From a virus (Duplodnaviria; Caudoviricetes), in the IMG/VR virus record IMGVR_UViG_3300017754_004939, positions 710 to 64,709 of that record: 64,000 nt of DNA, one strand, 5' to 3'. The notes below the pieces were generated by a model. That model was not told the DNA's origin. It ran no database searches and worked only from the letters and a program-made list of their open reading frames with translations. Positions 1 to 12,400 of this stretch are shown piece by piece (the stretch's first letter is position 1; every line of letters begins with the position of its first letter). A program made the position numbers and the translations under genes.

Positions 1-1
1 A

Positions 2-307
2 TCTTTTAACCCAGTTACAAGTTTAACAGTTACTCCAGCTTCTATTACCCCAGTTACCCAAGTTGTTCCATCAACTACTTCAGTGTTATTAAACCCTACA
101 GGTAACGGTCTTGTTGTACAGTCAATTGCTGTAACTAATCTTGCTTCACCTGTTGTAGAATCAGTAGCAGCAAATACAACTACTAAGACAATTGTAAATA
201 ATGTAGCTGTAACTAATACCCCATATAATATTATGTTGAGTACCAATCAAGGTAATGGCAATTCCATTAGAAGTTTAGGTATTAATATCGCTTTTAGATA
301 CGTCTAA
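2..307 (+). CDS. 3' end of a virion structural protein (partial, open to the window edge)
   Basis: The frame of ORF 83..307 is open back to position 2 (SFNPVTSLTVTPASITP...). Rich in Thr/Val/Asn; its stop overlaps the next ATG. Confidence 0.7.
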   Translation, partial: SFNPVTSLTVTPASITPVTQVVPSTTSVLLNPTGNGLVVQSIAVTNLASPVVESVAANTTTKTIVNNVAVTNTPYNIMLSTNQGNGNSIRSLGINIAFRYV

Positions 308-3300
308 TGAATGTTTTAAATTTATCAGCTCTAATACCAATGGAGGTTGAATACTCCTTGGATGGTAATGTCAATTTAACAAATAACATTACAAACTACT
401 TCTATGGTTTAAATCTTTACAGTACAGAGCTGTTTAATTTTGCTAGAGATCTCTCGATTAACTATTATAACACCTTTATCTTAACAGATAAACTAGATAA
501 ACCTGATTTTCTTACATTATCCGAACCAGTAACTGCAACTTACCCTAAAACAATTAGCACAACTATTCAAAATGTTGCTTTCTCTTCTTTTGGATTGGGT
601 TTTTGGGAAGATTATGCTGCTAATTATTCTTCTACAAGCACTTATCTTTCTTGTGGAGAGGGAATATTTTCAACAGGAAGTATTTGGAATTTAGGTTCTT
701 GGAATATGTATGATATTGAGTTTCTTAATGCTAATCAATGTTATATTTCCAAGCTAAGAAATAATAATTCAGTATTAACTCAGCTACAAGTTAAGGAATA
801 TCTAGGCCCAACCTTTACAGAGGATGTAAACTACCTAACATTCTCATCTACCCCATATATTTTTAACTACATTTATAACGAACAAAACAACACTATTGTA
901 TTTTATTTTAATTATGCTCCTACTGGTAGTAGTTCTAGCAGTTTATTTTTAATAACTCAAGAAGAAAATAGAGTTGTTCTAAAGTCTGTTGATGAATATG
1001 TGATTTCTAATCTCGGTCTTTATAATTTAAGCGCGGTTTTTTGTTTATCTTATAGAGATGCTAATACGAGGTTGGCGGAATTTACTACTAACTATAACGC
1101 ATATAAAAGAACATATTTTCCAACTGCTGAAACTTCTTTATGTGGTAGCTATGATGGGTTGAAGAACAACTATTTAGTGTCAAGCAACGTTGTATTTACT
1201 GATAATAAGTTCCTTGTTAACTTTCAACCTCTTAAAAATCAATTAGACTTAAATTATAATTTTACTGTAACCAATAGCTTCAGTGGTCAACCGTTTGACA
1301 ATAGAGATTATCAATCTATTGTATCTGGAACTGACCAAGAATTGGGTTTTCCTAACTTAACATTAACCTTTTATACCTATAATGCTCCTATTACGTTCAA
1401 GAAGGGAGCCTTAACCTATTTTCACTTCCCTGTTAGTGCTACGCCGTTTGATAAACTCAATGTAAACGATTCAACTTTGGTTGACTGTGGCTCTTTTGCA
1501 GGTCAAAACCCATTAGACGCTGATAAAGTCTTTAAAAAGCTATTACCAACTGTAGCTGGCAACAATATTGATAAGAATCAAACAGGTACTTACTTGTGTA
1601 CTTGGTTGTTTATATCAGCTTTTGACAGTAGACCTATTTGGATGGATCGTTATTACAACCCAAACTTTACTTCTCTACAAACAGCCTATACCCAAAACTT
1701 TAATTCAGACTTTGTAAACACTGTTACTACTCTTAGTGCCAAGAATTTTACATATTTTGATAAGGTTAGTGATTTAACCTTTGAACCTAATAGTACATAT
1801 AGCTATTATAGACTATCTGAGGCAGATATTACTCGTATTAATAACAATCTTTATGAGAATCAGATTAATTCTGATGTTATTAATGTTTATGATGCTAATT
1901 TAAATCTTCAACAGGCTGGAGCCACTTCTTTTGAGTATGGTTTCAATACTGGTTCCCTTGTTCAAAAAACTTCTGCTTCAGGAGATTATAGTATTTGTTT
2001 CAATATAAAGAGCAAAGACTTTAAAAAGAAGTTTGGTAATACCTTATTAAACAATTTTTATAATTTAAACGGGTTGAATATTACAAATTATGACAATTTA
2101 AACAATTTAATACTGTTTACCTCTGGTTCAGAGATTGTTGTAAGTAATACTAACTTTGATTCATTAAGAAATGTAAAGGTGCTTTTAGAAAAATCCATTT
2201 TTAAGACACCAGATGCCTTATTAAGCATTGATTTTAATAATAACGTTGAAGGCTTTTATGTTACTAGTATTAGTACTCTTTCAAGCAACGTCGGTATTAA
2301 TTTAAATATAGGTCCAAACACTTCAGACTTCTATCTTTCTAAGTTAGATAAGAACTTCACTACATTAAATACAATACTTTTAACTTCCTTCTCTGGAGGT
2401 ACCTATAATTTTGTTAGTTCTAACATAGATGATACTTACTACTACGCGCTTTTCAACACTTTTAATACTCAAGTAGCTGCAACTAATCAAAATTATTTCT
2501 TAATTAAGTACCCTTTGTCTGGAATGTTATTAAGCCAGCCTATTGATACTCCAGTTAACTTGCAGCTCCCTAGATATGGTTCAGTTAATGGTAATAGCAT
2601 TACAATTTCTGACTTTACTTTGTGCAGAAGTACCTATAATTTTATTCTCTCTGCTGGTTTACCAGTTTATTATTTGACTGATTATGCTAATAATAGCATT
2701 TGTTCTGATATAAACAATAGAGCCTGGTATATTTATAATGATATTTTATATCACTCTGTTACTGATTTAGGTAATTTAGATGGTTTTAATCTAACATATC
2801 TTAAAGATTCAAAAAACAATCAAACTATCACTAATGTAACAACTGATAACAGTGGTAACATTTACTTAATTTCTGATAACGGTACAGATAGTTACTTGTA
2901 TAAGCTTGATAATAATAGAAAACCTATTTACTTTCAGTCTCTTTCTTCAAGCTTTGGTACACCTACAACGAAATATTTGGATATTTTGTATGTAAACAAT
3001 AATGGGGTGATAGAACCGAGACCTTATGTTATATATGACCCGTACCAACCAAGTAGTTTATCAGCAAGAAGCTTTAAAGAGGTTAATGTTTTTGACGCTA
3101 ATGGTAATTTAATTTATATTAAGCCATTAGAATATGAAACTGATACATTTAACATAAGCAATCAGAACAGAAAAGGGTTTAGAAGAACTCTTTCTAATGT
3201 TGAGCAGGTTAATAATTTGTTTGAAGTAGATGGTAACCCCATTAAATTTAACTATTATGTGTCAGATGTAGCAGGGGATGTAGAGAAGATTACTTTACAG

Positions 3301-3843
3301 GCTAATTTAGAAACATTAGCTAACCAAGATTTATTCTTTACATATACTTTCGACTCTCTTACTGGTGGTTCTAAGCTCTATATTAATAGTATCTTGGTTG
3401 AAGAATCTGATACTACTAATATTAAGTATTCCAGGGCACCTATATCTGGCTCTATAGCCTTAAATTCTATTTCATTGACTGACCCGGCCTTAGAGTCTAC
3501 TCAATTCAAGTGTCAAAACCTTGAGATGTACGGTATAAAGGCCTTCAACAGAGTGTTATCTAGATACGATATTAGAAATCTGTTTATTAGATCAGCTAAA
3601 ATTACTGATATAAACTGGAATGTTCCAGCAGGTAAGAGAAACATAACTGAAACCATCCAGCAGAACTTTAAGTTTAGTTTACCTGGTTATAAGACCAACT
3701 TGTTTGATATTATTGTTTCAGGAGCTCAAGGATTAAACGATGTACAAAGAGAAGCAATTGCTGAAAAAATAAGAGAGTACATAAAGGGTAACATTCCGAT
3801 AAATACTATTATTAACGAGGTTAACATCAGAAGTAATGAATAA
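307..3843 (+). CDS. Large virion structural protein (1178 aa), possible C-terminal LamG/ConA-like domain
   Basis: Long Asn/Ser/Thr/Tyr-rich beta-type ORF. The C-terminal KLYINSILV...GIKAFNRVLSRYDIRNL pattern resembles LamG-like jellyrolls. Translationally coupled to both neighbours. Confidence 0.6.
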   Translation: MNVLNLSALIPMEVEYSLDGNVNLTNNITNYFYGLNLYSTELFNFARDLSINYYNTFILTDKLDKPDFLTLSEPVTATYPKTISTTIQNVAFSSFGLGFWEDYAANYSSTSTYLSCGEGIFSTGSIWNLGSWNMYDIEFLNANQCYISKLRNNNSVLTQLQVKEYLGPTFTEDVNYLTFSSTPYIFNYIYNEQNNTIVFYFNYAPTGSSSSSLFLITQEENRVVLKSVDEYVISNLGLYNLSAVFCLSYRDANTRLAEFTTNYNAYKRTYFPTAETSLCGSYDGLKNNYLVSSNVVFTDNKFLVNFQPLKNQLDLNYNFTVTNSFSGQPFDNRDYQSIVSGTDQELGFPNLTLTFYTYNAPITFKKGALTYFHFPVSATPFDKLNVNDSTLVDCGSFAGQNPLDADKVFKKLLPTVAGNNIDKNQTGTYLCTWLFISAFDSRPIWMDRYYNPNFTSLQTAYTQNFNSDFVNTVTTLSAKNFTYFDKVSDLTFEPNSTYSYYRLSEADITRINNNLYENQINSDVINVYDANLNLQQAGATSFEYGFNTGSLVQKTSASGDYSICFNIKSKDFKKKFGNTLLNNFYNLNGLNITNYDNLNNLILFTSGSEIVVSNTNFDSLRNVKVLLEKSIFKTPDALLSIDFNNNVEGFYVTSISTLSSNVGINLNIGPNTSDFYLSKLDKNFTTLNTILLTSFSGGTYNFVSSNIDDTYYYALFNTFNTQVAATNQNYFLIKYPLSGMLLSQPIDTPVNLQLPRYGSVNGNSITISDFTLCRSTYNFILSAGLPVYYLTDYANNSICSDINNRAWYIYNDILYHSVTDLGNLDGFNLTYLKDSKNNQTITNVTTDNSGNIYLISDNGTDSYLYKLDNNRKPIYFQSLSSSFGTPTTKYLDILYVNNNGVIEPRPYVIYDPYQPSSLSARSFKEVNVFDANGNLIYIKPLEYETDTFNISNQNRKGFRRTLSNVEQVNNLFEVDGNPIKFNYYVSDVAGDVEKITLQANLETLANQDLFFTYTFDSLTGGSKLYINSILVEESDTTNIKYSRAPISGSIALNSISLTDPALESTQFKCQNLEMYGIKAFNRVLSRYDIRNLFIRSAKITDINWNVPAGKRNITETIQQNFKFSLPGYKTNLFDIIVSGAQGLNDVQREAIAEKIREYIKGNIPINTIINEVNIRSNE

Positions 3844-6394
3844 TCTATATTCAGTTGTATCAAATTCATTAGGGTTCAACAGAGCAATTTCTATTGAACC
3901 AGAAAAATTCCCTGTATTGCTAGAGGATATTTTAATCAAACCTAATGATTTTCTAACAGAGAATAATTTTAACTTTTCTCTTTCCTGCTTATATCAAGAC
4001 TTTTTGTCTATTGTAAGTGATAGCTATGTTTATAGTCCCAATTTTCCGGTAACAAACCCGTTTTTTGATAATATTAATAACATTGTAGGCACTCTTTGTG
4101 GTACATTAGTTCCTTCTAACTATTCAACTGAAGGAACAGCTTCTATTAGATATTTTGTAAATGGTATTCCACACAGTAATGCAGCTTTTAACATAATTTA
4201 CAATACTCATGATTTCGTTATCAGTGGTAATTATTTGACTTTAGCAGTAGGTATTTTAAGCGCTACAACTTTATCTCCTATTCTTTCTTCTAATGTTTAT
4301 TATCCTGCTTTAGGAGTTTATAACTACCCTCTTTCAGCTATTTTTAATAATGGAGAGGTAACAAATAGTAGTGAATTTCCTAATCAAGGTTTTCAAGAAA
4401 GCGCCGTTGTTCCTAATTTTGGGGTTGTAACAAAGTTCTTAAATAAGAACTTAAATTTAAAGTATAACTCAATTTCAAAACTTAAGATAGCTAATGAAAG
4501 GTTGTATGTTTTAGATAATATTAGTAACAAGTTTTTAATTTACGACATTAGTGATGTAATAGTTAATAGAACAAATAAGACTACTTTTGAGGTACCGCTT
4601 GAAACATTAGGTTTCGCAACATCTTCAAGAACAAATATAAGAAAGATTAGCTCTTTTTGTGTTAATGAGAACTATGTTGTATTCTTTAACTATGTTAACA
4701 ATGCTCTTTCTATTTTCTCAACTAACTTAAACCAGTTATATGATTATTCTCAAGACAAAGTATCTGTTTCTGGGTTTAGAAATACAGAAGTATTTGCAGA
4801 TATAGAGTTTGATCCGTTCGGTAATTTGTATTTGTTAACACAAAGTGGCACTGTTTATGTTTATACAGTTTCAAATACTGCTTTAACAAGAGTAAAAACA
4901 TATAATATCCAACCACAAAACACAAACGTATTTTCTTCTTTATCCGCAATTCAAGTTACCTATCAGAAAGAGATATTTAAAAAGATATCATTCTCAAAAT
5001 CTGATACAAATGTATTTTATGTATCTACAGATACTAACATCTACAAGAGATTTGTAGATAGAAATGTAAACATTGGTCAGTTTAATAACTTTGTTAATAA
5101 CACAACATATTATTCAACTTTAAGCAATATTGCTGACCCATTTAATACGTTAATGGGCTGCTGTTTTGCTGAATATCCTGCTGAAAAGACATCTCTAGAC
5201 TTTTTAAAGTATCAAATTAATAGCACTAACAGTATTAGTTATAACGGTTACGAAATTTTTTCTGTATGCTTTACAGATAACTGTACATACGCCTCTCAAA
5301 ACGCTGGCTCTGGCTTTATTTTAAATGTTGGTTCATATGGTTCAATTGATTTTTTAACAGCTAATCTAACATATGGATTAAACCCGGTTTCTGCCTCTGG
5401 TATTACATTTGTTGTAGATAGGCCTAATTATATAAATTTAAATAATGACGATTTATCAGCTGTTCTTGTTTATTCCTTTGATGATATTAAGGTAAAGGCA
5501 GATGAATTCATTACGGACTTTTCAATAAACAAGTCTTTGCGCAAGCTGTTATATAATATTTTTAATTATCAGACTTATCAAGCCTTTAAACCTGTTGTAG
5601 ATATTGATATAAACAATAATGCAATTTATAAAAAGCTTGATTACATTGTTTCTTACAATAAAAATCAAAATATTACTAATTTTGATAATTTTATAGGTAT
5701 AAATGAAATTACAAGCACAATATTTTTAAATAGATGTTTTACTAAAGTTTACGAATTGCTTGCGACAATGCAAGCTAATTTTAACTCTAGAGTAATTAAT
5801 ATCTATCCTAGATATGCAGATTCAGTTTTGTTAAACCAAACAACACAAAAATATGCATCGTTTTATAATGATAGTGAGCCGTTTATTACCGGTGAATTTG
5901 ACACTGAAATTGAACCTTTAAATACTAATCTCTGTGTTGTTGAGAATGCTAGTACAATTGTAGTGTCTCCAACACCATCTCAGACTCCTTTAGTTTCTCC
6001 AATAGTTTTTGTTACACCTACACCTACCCCTGCTCCATCTCCCACAATGCCTCCAACTCCAACTCCGTCTGGGTATGCATTGGTTAATAAAACTATTCAA
6101 CACGTTGCAACAGTTTATTTGAATAACAACTACGAAATACCTGTTCCAATACCACCATACCCAAATTACGACATTAAACCTCTTTCAGCTATATATGATG
6201 GAGTAGGAATTGATACTATTGTTTCTGAATTTAGTGCCTACTTTGATCAGGTCAGTTTTTATGCTGCTTTAGCTAGTGCTAATGGAGATTATGGCAAATT
6301 GGTAGGTATGCAATTCGGGGATTATGTAATGCAAAGTTATACTCCTTCAAGCAATAGCGATTATGTAGTAGGCGGGCAAGGATGCACCTCGTAA
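3836..6394 (+). CDS. Virion structural protein (852 aa) with beta-rich body, short Thr/Pro linker and C-terminal domain
   Basis: Long ORF overlapping the upstream stop; SPTPSQTP...PTPTPS linker at about 5965-6070. Confidence 0.65.
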   Translation: MNNLYSVVSNSLGFNRAISIEPEKFPVLLEDILIKPNDFLTENNFNFSLSCLYQDFLSIVSDSYVYSPNFPVTNPFFDNINNIVGTLCGTLVPSNYSTEGTASIRYFVNGIPHSNAAFNIIYNTHDFVISGNYLTLAVGILSATTLSPILSSNVYYPALGVYNYPLSAIFNNGEVTNSSEFPNQGFQESAVVPNFGVVTKFLNKNLNLKYNSISKLKIANERLYVLDNISNKFLIYDISDVIVNRTNKTTFEVPLETLGFATSSRTNIRKISSFCVNENYVVFFNYVNNALSIFSTNLNQLYDYSQDKVSVSGFRNTEVFADIEFDPFGNLYLLTQSGTVYVYTVSNTALTRVKTYNIQPQNTNVFSSLSAIQVTYQKEIFKKISFSKSDTNVFYVSTDTNIYKRFVDRNVNIGQFNNFVNNTTYYSTLSNIADPFNTLMGCCFAEYPAEKTSLDFLKYQINSTNSISYNGYEIFSVCFTDNCTYASQNAGSGFILNVGSYGSIDFLTANLTYGLNPVSASGITFVVDRPNYINLNNDDLSAVLVYSFDDIKVKADEFITDFSINKSLRKLLYNIFNYQTYQAFKPVVDIDINNNAIYKKLDYIVSYNKNQNITNFDNFIGINEITSTIFLNRCFTKVYELLATMQANFNSRVINIYPRYADSVLLNQTTQKYASFYNDSEPFITGEFDTEIEPLNTNLCVVENASTIVVSPTPSQTPLVSPIVFVTPTPTPAPSPTMPPTPTPSGYALVNKTIQHVATVYLNNNYEIPVPIPPYPNYDIKPLSAIYDGVGIDTIVSEFSAYFDQVSFYAALASANGDYGKLVGMQFGDYVMQSYTPSSNSDYVVGGQGCTS

Positions 6395-6447
6395 TTGAAT
6401 TGCAACAGTACAGCTATATTTTTAGCCCACTTTAATAAATAATAATA

Positions 6448-9400
6448 ATGGAATACGATAAGCCAGCAAAAATTGTATGGGTAGCTAAGCTATCAGCCAC
6501 TGGGTTATATAATACTCCATTTTTAAAAATCGTTGACCCAACTACAGCACCTCAAAATATAGTCAATGAATATACGGATTTAGGGTTAGATAACTATACA
6601 ATAAATAATTATTTTGTTAATACAAATTTACTTTATAGTATTACAGATAATCAATTAAACACTAATAGAACAACATTTAATTGGACTTTCTGCGCATATA
6701 AAGGACCATCTCAGGCTGCTTCTGCAATGATAGCAGTTAATTATTTTAACAATTATACTGCTAACGATATGGGGTTGGTTATTAATTATAATAACCAATA
6801 TCTATCCCCACCATTTTATTTTGATCCTTATGAAACAAGTCCTAACCCTACCGCTTCTAAAACATTTATAGTTCCTGCTGGTGCTCAAAATTTTCCTATA
6901 CCGCTATGGGTGAGAGTAAATGATGGTTCTGCCATATCAACTTTTACATGTTTAGTTTGTACTAACCCTTCTATTATTTTAACTAATAATATTGCGAGAT
7001 ATTCCAATATATTTGTTACCCCGTCACCAACCCCAACAAATACAGTTACTCCAACTACTGGATTATCCCCAACTGCGACTCCTACTAATACACCTACCAA
7101 CACCGTAACCCCTACAAATACCCCAACCAATACTGTTACTCCAACAGTCACTCCAACCAACACTGTTACACCTACAAATACGGTTACTCCAACTGTTACT
7201 CCAACCAATACTGTAACAGTAACACCCACTATCACCCCAACTAACACAGTTACCCCAACTAACACAGTTACCCCAACTAACACAGTTACACCAACAAATA
7301 CTGTTACACCTACAAATACTGTTACACCTACAAATACTCCTACCAACACTGTAACAGTAACACCTACTATCACCCCAACTAACACAGTTACTCCTACCAA
7401 TACAGTTACTCCTACCAATACAGTTACTCCTACCAATACGGTTACTCCTACCAATACGGTTACTCCTACCAATACAGTTACACCAACTAATACGGTTACC
7501 CCTACAGTAACACCAACAAATACTGGTACTCCAAACAATACAGTTACTCCAACCAATACGGTTACCCCTACAAATACTGTTACTCCAACCATTACCCCTA
7601 CAAATACGGTTACTCCAACCAACACTGTTACTCCAACCAATACTGTTACACCTACAAATACGGTTACCCCAACCAATACAGTTACCCCTACAGTAACACC
7701 TACAAATACGGTTACTCCAACTAATACGGTTACCCCAACCAATACAGTAACACCTACAAATACGGTTACACCTACAAATACGGTTACACCTACAAATACG
7801 GTTACACCTACAAATACAGTAACACCTACAAATACGGTTACTCCAACCAATACGGTTACTCCAACTAATACGGTTACTCCAACCAACACTGTTACTCCAA
7901 CCAATACGGTTACACCTACAAATACAGTAACACCTACAAACACTGTTACTCCAACCAATACGGTTACACCTACAAATACAGTAACACCTACAAACACAGT
8001 AACACCTACAAACACAGTAACACCTACAAATACGGTTACTCCAACAATTACTCCTACACCACCACAACCACCGAGCAAGAGAGCGATATTTGGTTTCGGT
8101 AGTACAACTTTTGGTGGTTTTGGCTCTCCTACTTCTCTCTCCAATATAGTATCAGATACTGGTGTATTGGCTTCAGATGTAACTAATGTTGGTACGTCTG
8201 CAAGATTTTATTTAGCTGCTGCTAGCTTTGGTGATGGTTTAGCTATTTTTGGTTTCGGTTATAATAATGGTAATGCTGTTGGGGTGTATAACCCTGTAAA
8301 TAATAGCGGAGAAATTGGAATTGATGATACACGTGGTAGTTTTACTGCTAGATATCAGTTAGCGGCTGCAAGTTACGGTGGAGATAAAGCAATATTCGGG
8401 TTCGGTTCCACAACCTCAGGAGTAAGTTCTATTACAAATCTGGTAGATAATTTAGGTCAAATGGGTAATAATGTATCTACTGTTGGTACAGCTAGAAATA
8501 ATCTCGCAGCTGCAGGTTATGGTACAGATAAAGCTATATTCGGTTACGGTTTTTCAACAGCTATAACAAATATAACAAACCTTGTTTCCAATACTGGTGT
8601 AGTGGCTTCAGATACAACTGGTGTTGGTACAGCAAGACAAATATTAGCTGCAGCTAGTTATGGTACAGATAAAGCTATTTTTGGATATGGTTATACTTCA
8701 AGCTTTGTTTCATTAACAAATCTAGTTTCTAATACAGGTGTAGTAGCTACAGATACAGCAGGGGTTGGTACAGCTAGAGGTTATCTAGCAGCAGCTGGCT
8801 ATGGAACTGATAAAGCAATATTCGGGTTTGGTATAAACGGGTTTGGTGGTTCTACTTTGTCAATGACAAACCTAGTATCTAACACAGGTGTTGTTGCTAA
8901 TGATAATAGTACAGTTGGTACAGCTAGAATGGGTTTAGCAGCAGCAAGCTTCACTCAATATTTTGCACCTTCTCCAACACCAACACCAACTATAACACCT
9001 TCAATTACAGTCACGCCAACAATTACTCCTACCAATACAGTTACTCCAACCAATACAGTTACTCCAACCAATACTGTTACCCCAACAATTACTGTTACCC
9101 CAACAATTACAGTAACACCAACAATTACAGTTACCCCCACCAATACTCCACCCATTACAGTAACACCAACTACAACAATTACCCCAACAATAACAGTTAC
9201 ACCAACCAATACAGTTACACCGTCAATTACAGTAACACCAAGCAATACTGTAACACCAACACTAACTCCTACCAATACGGTTACACCAACAATAACAGTA
9301 ACACCAACAATTACACCAACAATTACACCAACACCAACCTTACCTGCTGCTGCAGATAGTAGCGCTATATTTGGTTTCGGTTTTAGCCCTGGGGTTGTGT

Positions 9401-12400
9401 CAATGACTAATATTGTTTCCACAACCGGAGATGTTGCTAGTGACACCACTGGGGTTGGTACAGCAAGATACGGTTTAGCTGCAGCGAGCTTTGGTGGGGA
9501 TCAAGCTATTTTTGGTTATGGTACAACTAACGGCTCAACTGGGGTTTCCCTTTCTAACTTAGTATCTAACCTTGGTGTTGTTGCTACGGATACTGCTGGT
9601 GTTGGTACTCAGAGATATAATCTCGCCGCTGTAGGGTATGGTTTAGATAAAGCAATATTTGGGTTTGGGTTTACTGGTTCTTCTCTTCTTTCTATTACTA
9701 ACTTAGTATCAAACACAGGTATAATCGCTAATGATGTTGCTGGAATAGGTACTGCAAGAGAAAGTTTAGCTGCAGCCAGCTACGGTTTCTATTACGGTAT
9801 ATTTGGTTTTGGGTGGAATTATTCAATTAATCTTTCTATGACCAATTTAGTATCAGACACAGGTGTGATCGCTACAGATACAACTGGTGTAGATAGTAGA
9901 AGAAGTTTAGCTGCTTCAGGTTATGGTAGAGATAAAGCTATTTTTGGTTATGGTTATATTTCAAGCGCCACATCAATTAATAATTTAGTGTCAAACACTG
10001 GTGTAGTTGCTTCTTATGCTGCTGCTGTCGGCTCGTCAAGATATCAGCTAGCAGCAGCAGGTTATAGTACAGATAAAGCAATATTTGGTTTCGGGTATAC
10101 AGGGTTTGGTTCAGTTAATGTTACAAATAAAGTATCTAATACTGGTGTTGTTGCTACAGATACAGCTGGTGTTGGTACTTCCAGATACTCATTAGCAGCT
10201 GCTAGCTTTGTAAATCCACCTATATTACCAACCCCAACAGTTACCCCAACAAGTACAGTAACAAGTACAGTAACACCAACAATTACCCCAACAAATACAG
10301 TAACACCTACAATCACTCCAACGATTACTCCTACTCCAGCACCAATACAAAATTATACTGCCATATTTGGTTTTGGTGTAGGTAATTCTGGTAGTGATTT
10401 ATCAATGACTAATCTCGTATCTGATGTTGGCATTGTTCAAAACGATGTAACAACTGTTGCTACTGCAAGAAGTGAGTTAGCAGCTGCGGGTTACGGTACA
10501 GATAAAGCCATATTTGCTTTTGGTTATATTAACTCTGTTGGAGTTTCAAATTTATCTAACTTGGTAACTAATGAGGGAGTTGTTGGAACCGATCAATCAA
10601 CAGTGGGTACTTCTAGAAGCCGTCTTGCAGCAGCTGGTTATGGTATTGATAAAGCTATTTTTGGTTATGGTGGAACCTATTTATCGATTACTAATTTAGT
10701 AACTAACACTGGTGTTGTTGGCAGTGATGTTACTGGTGTTGGTACTGCTAGATCAGACCTAGCAGCTGCTACTTTTGGTAGAGATAGAGCAATTTTCGGG
10801 TTTGGTTCAAATGGTTCTAAATTATCAATGACAAATTTAGTAACTAATACAGGTGTTGTTGGTAATGATGTATCAGGAGTCGGTACTGCCAGATCTGGTC
10901 TAGCAGCTGCTACTTATGATACTAATAAAGTTATATTTGGTTTTGGTAGTACTGGAACTTTTTCACCAGTATCAACAACCAATTTGGTTTCTAGTACAGG
11001 TGTTGTTGCCACAGATACATCTAATGTTCAAACAGCTAGATCTGGTCTAGCTGCAGCGAGTTATAGTTCAACAAACGCAGTATTTGGGTACGGGTTTACT
11101 TCAACAGGTGTAAATATAACTAATTTAATTAGTAGCTTAGGTGCAATTATTTCAGAATCCTCTGGTGTTGGCACTGCGAGATACAATTTAGCAGCTGCAA
11201 ACATTGTTTATATTGCTCCAACTCCAACAGTTACCCCTACAAACACAGTTACACCAACAGTTACACCAACAATTACAGTAACCCCAACCAATACCCCAAC
11301 CAATACTGCAACGCCAACTGTAACACCAACCAATACTGTAACACCAACAATTACCCCAGCAAACACACCACCAGCTCAATCAGATAAGAGTGCTATATTT
11401 GGTTATGGTTCTAACGGAAGTTTTGGAAATAACTTATCAATGACCAATTTAATTTCTAACACCGGGGTTGTATCTACTGACACAACTGGTGTAGGAACAG
11501 CTAGATTGGGTCTCGGTGCAGCTAGTTACGGTGGAGATAAAGCAATATTCGGTTATGGTCGTGTGAGTGGAATTGGTGGTACAAATCAAACTATTACCAA
11601 CCTTGTTTCAAATCTTGGTATAGTTTCTACTGACACAACTGGTGTAGGAACAGCTAGATTCTACTTAGCAGCAGCTACTTATGGTACAGATAAAGCAATA
11701 TTTGGTTACGGTCTAGATGATTCTTTTACTGCTGTATCAATGACTAATTTAGTATCTAACACAGGAGTCGTCGCTAGCGATACTACAGGGGTAGGTACTT
11801 CTAGAAGCGGGTTAACAGCAGCTAGTTATGGTTATGATAAGGCAATATTTGCATGTGGTGATAATGGATTTAAAACTAACAAAGTTTCAAATACAGGTGT
11901 AGTTGCATCAGATACCTCTGGTACTGCTCCAACAGCTCGTACAGCTCCTTTCGGTGCAGGTTATGGTTATGATACAGCTATTATTGCATTTGGTAACGAT
12001 GGTAGTTATTTAAATTCTATAACATTAATTAATAATCAAGGGAATGTAGCAACTAATACAAGTGGTGTTGGAACTGCTAGAGCTTATGGTGGTGCGGCAA
12101 GCTATAGTACAGATAAGGCAATATTTGGTTATGGTACTACAGGTACGGTTCAAAATATAACTAATTTGGTATCTAATACAGGTGTAGTTGCCTCAGATAC
12201 AACCGGAGTAGGTACTGCAAGATTAGGACTAGCTGGAGCAAGCTATGTCGCAGGTGTTGCTCCATCACCAACTCCAACCAATACAGTCACTCCAACAATT
12301 ACAGTCACTCCAACAATTACTCCAACTAATACAGTTACCCCAACAATTACTGTTACCCCAACAATTACTGTTACCCCAACAATTACTGTAACACCAACAG

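Noticed and set aside
7015-8070. Possible CRISPR array
   Set aside because: Units are contiguous in-frame coding repeats without unique spacers; no cas genes.
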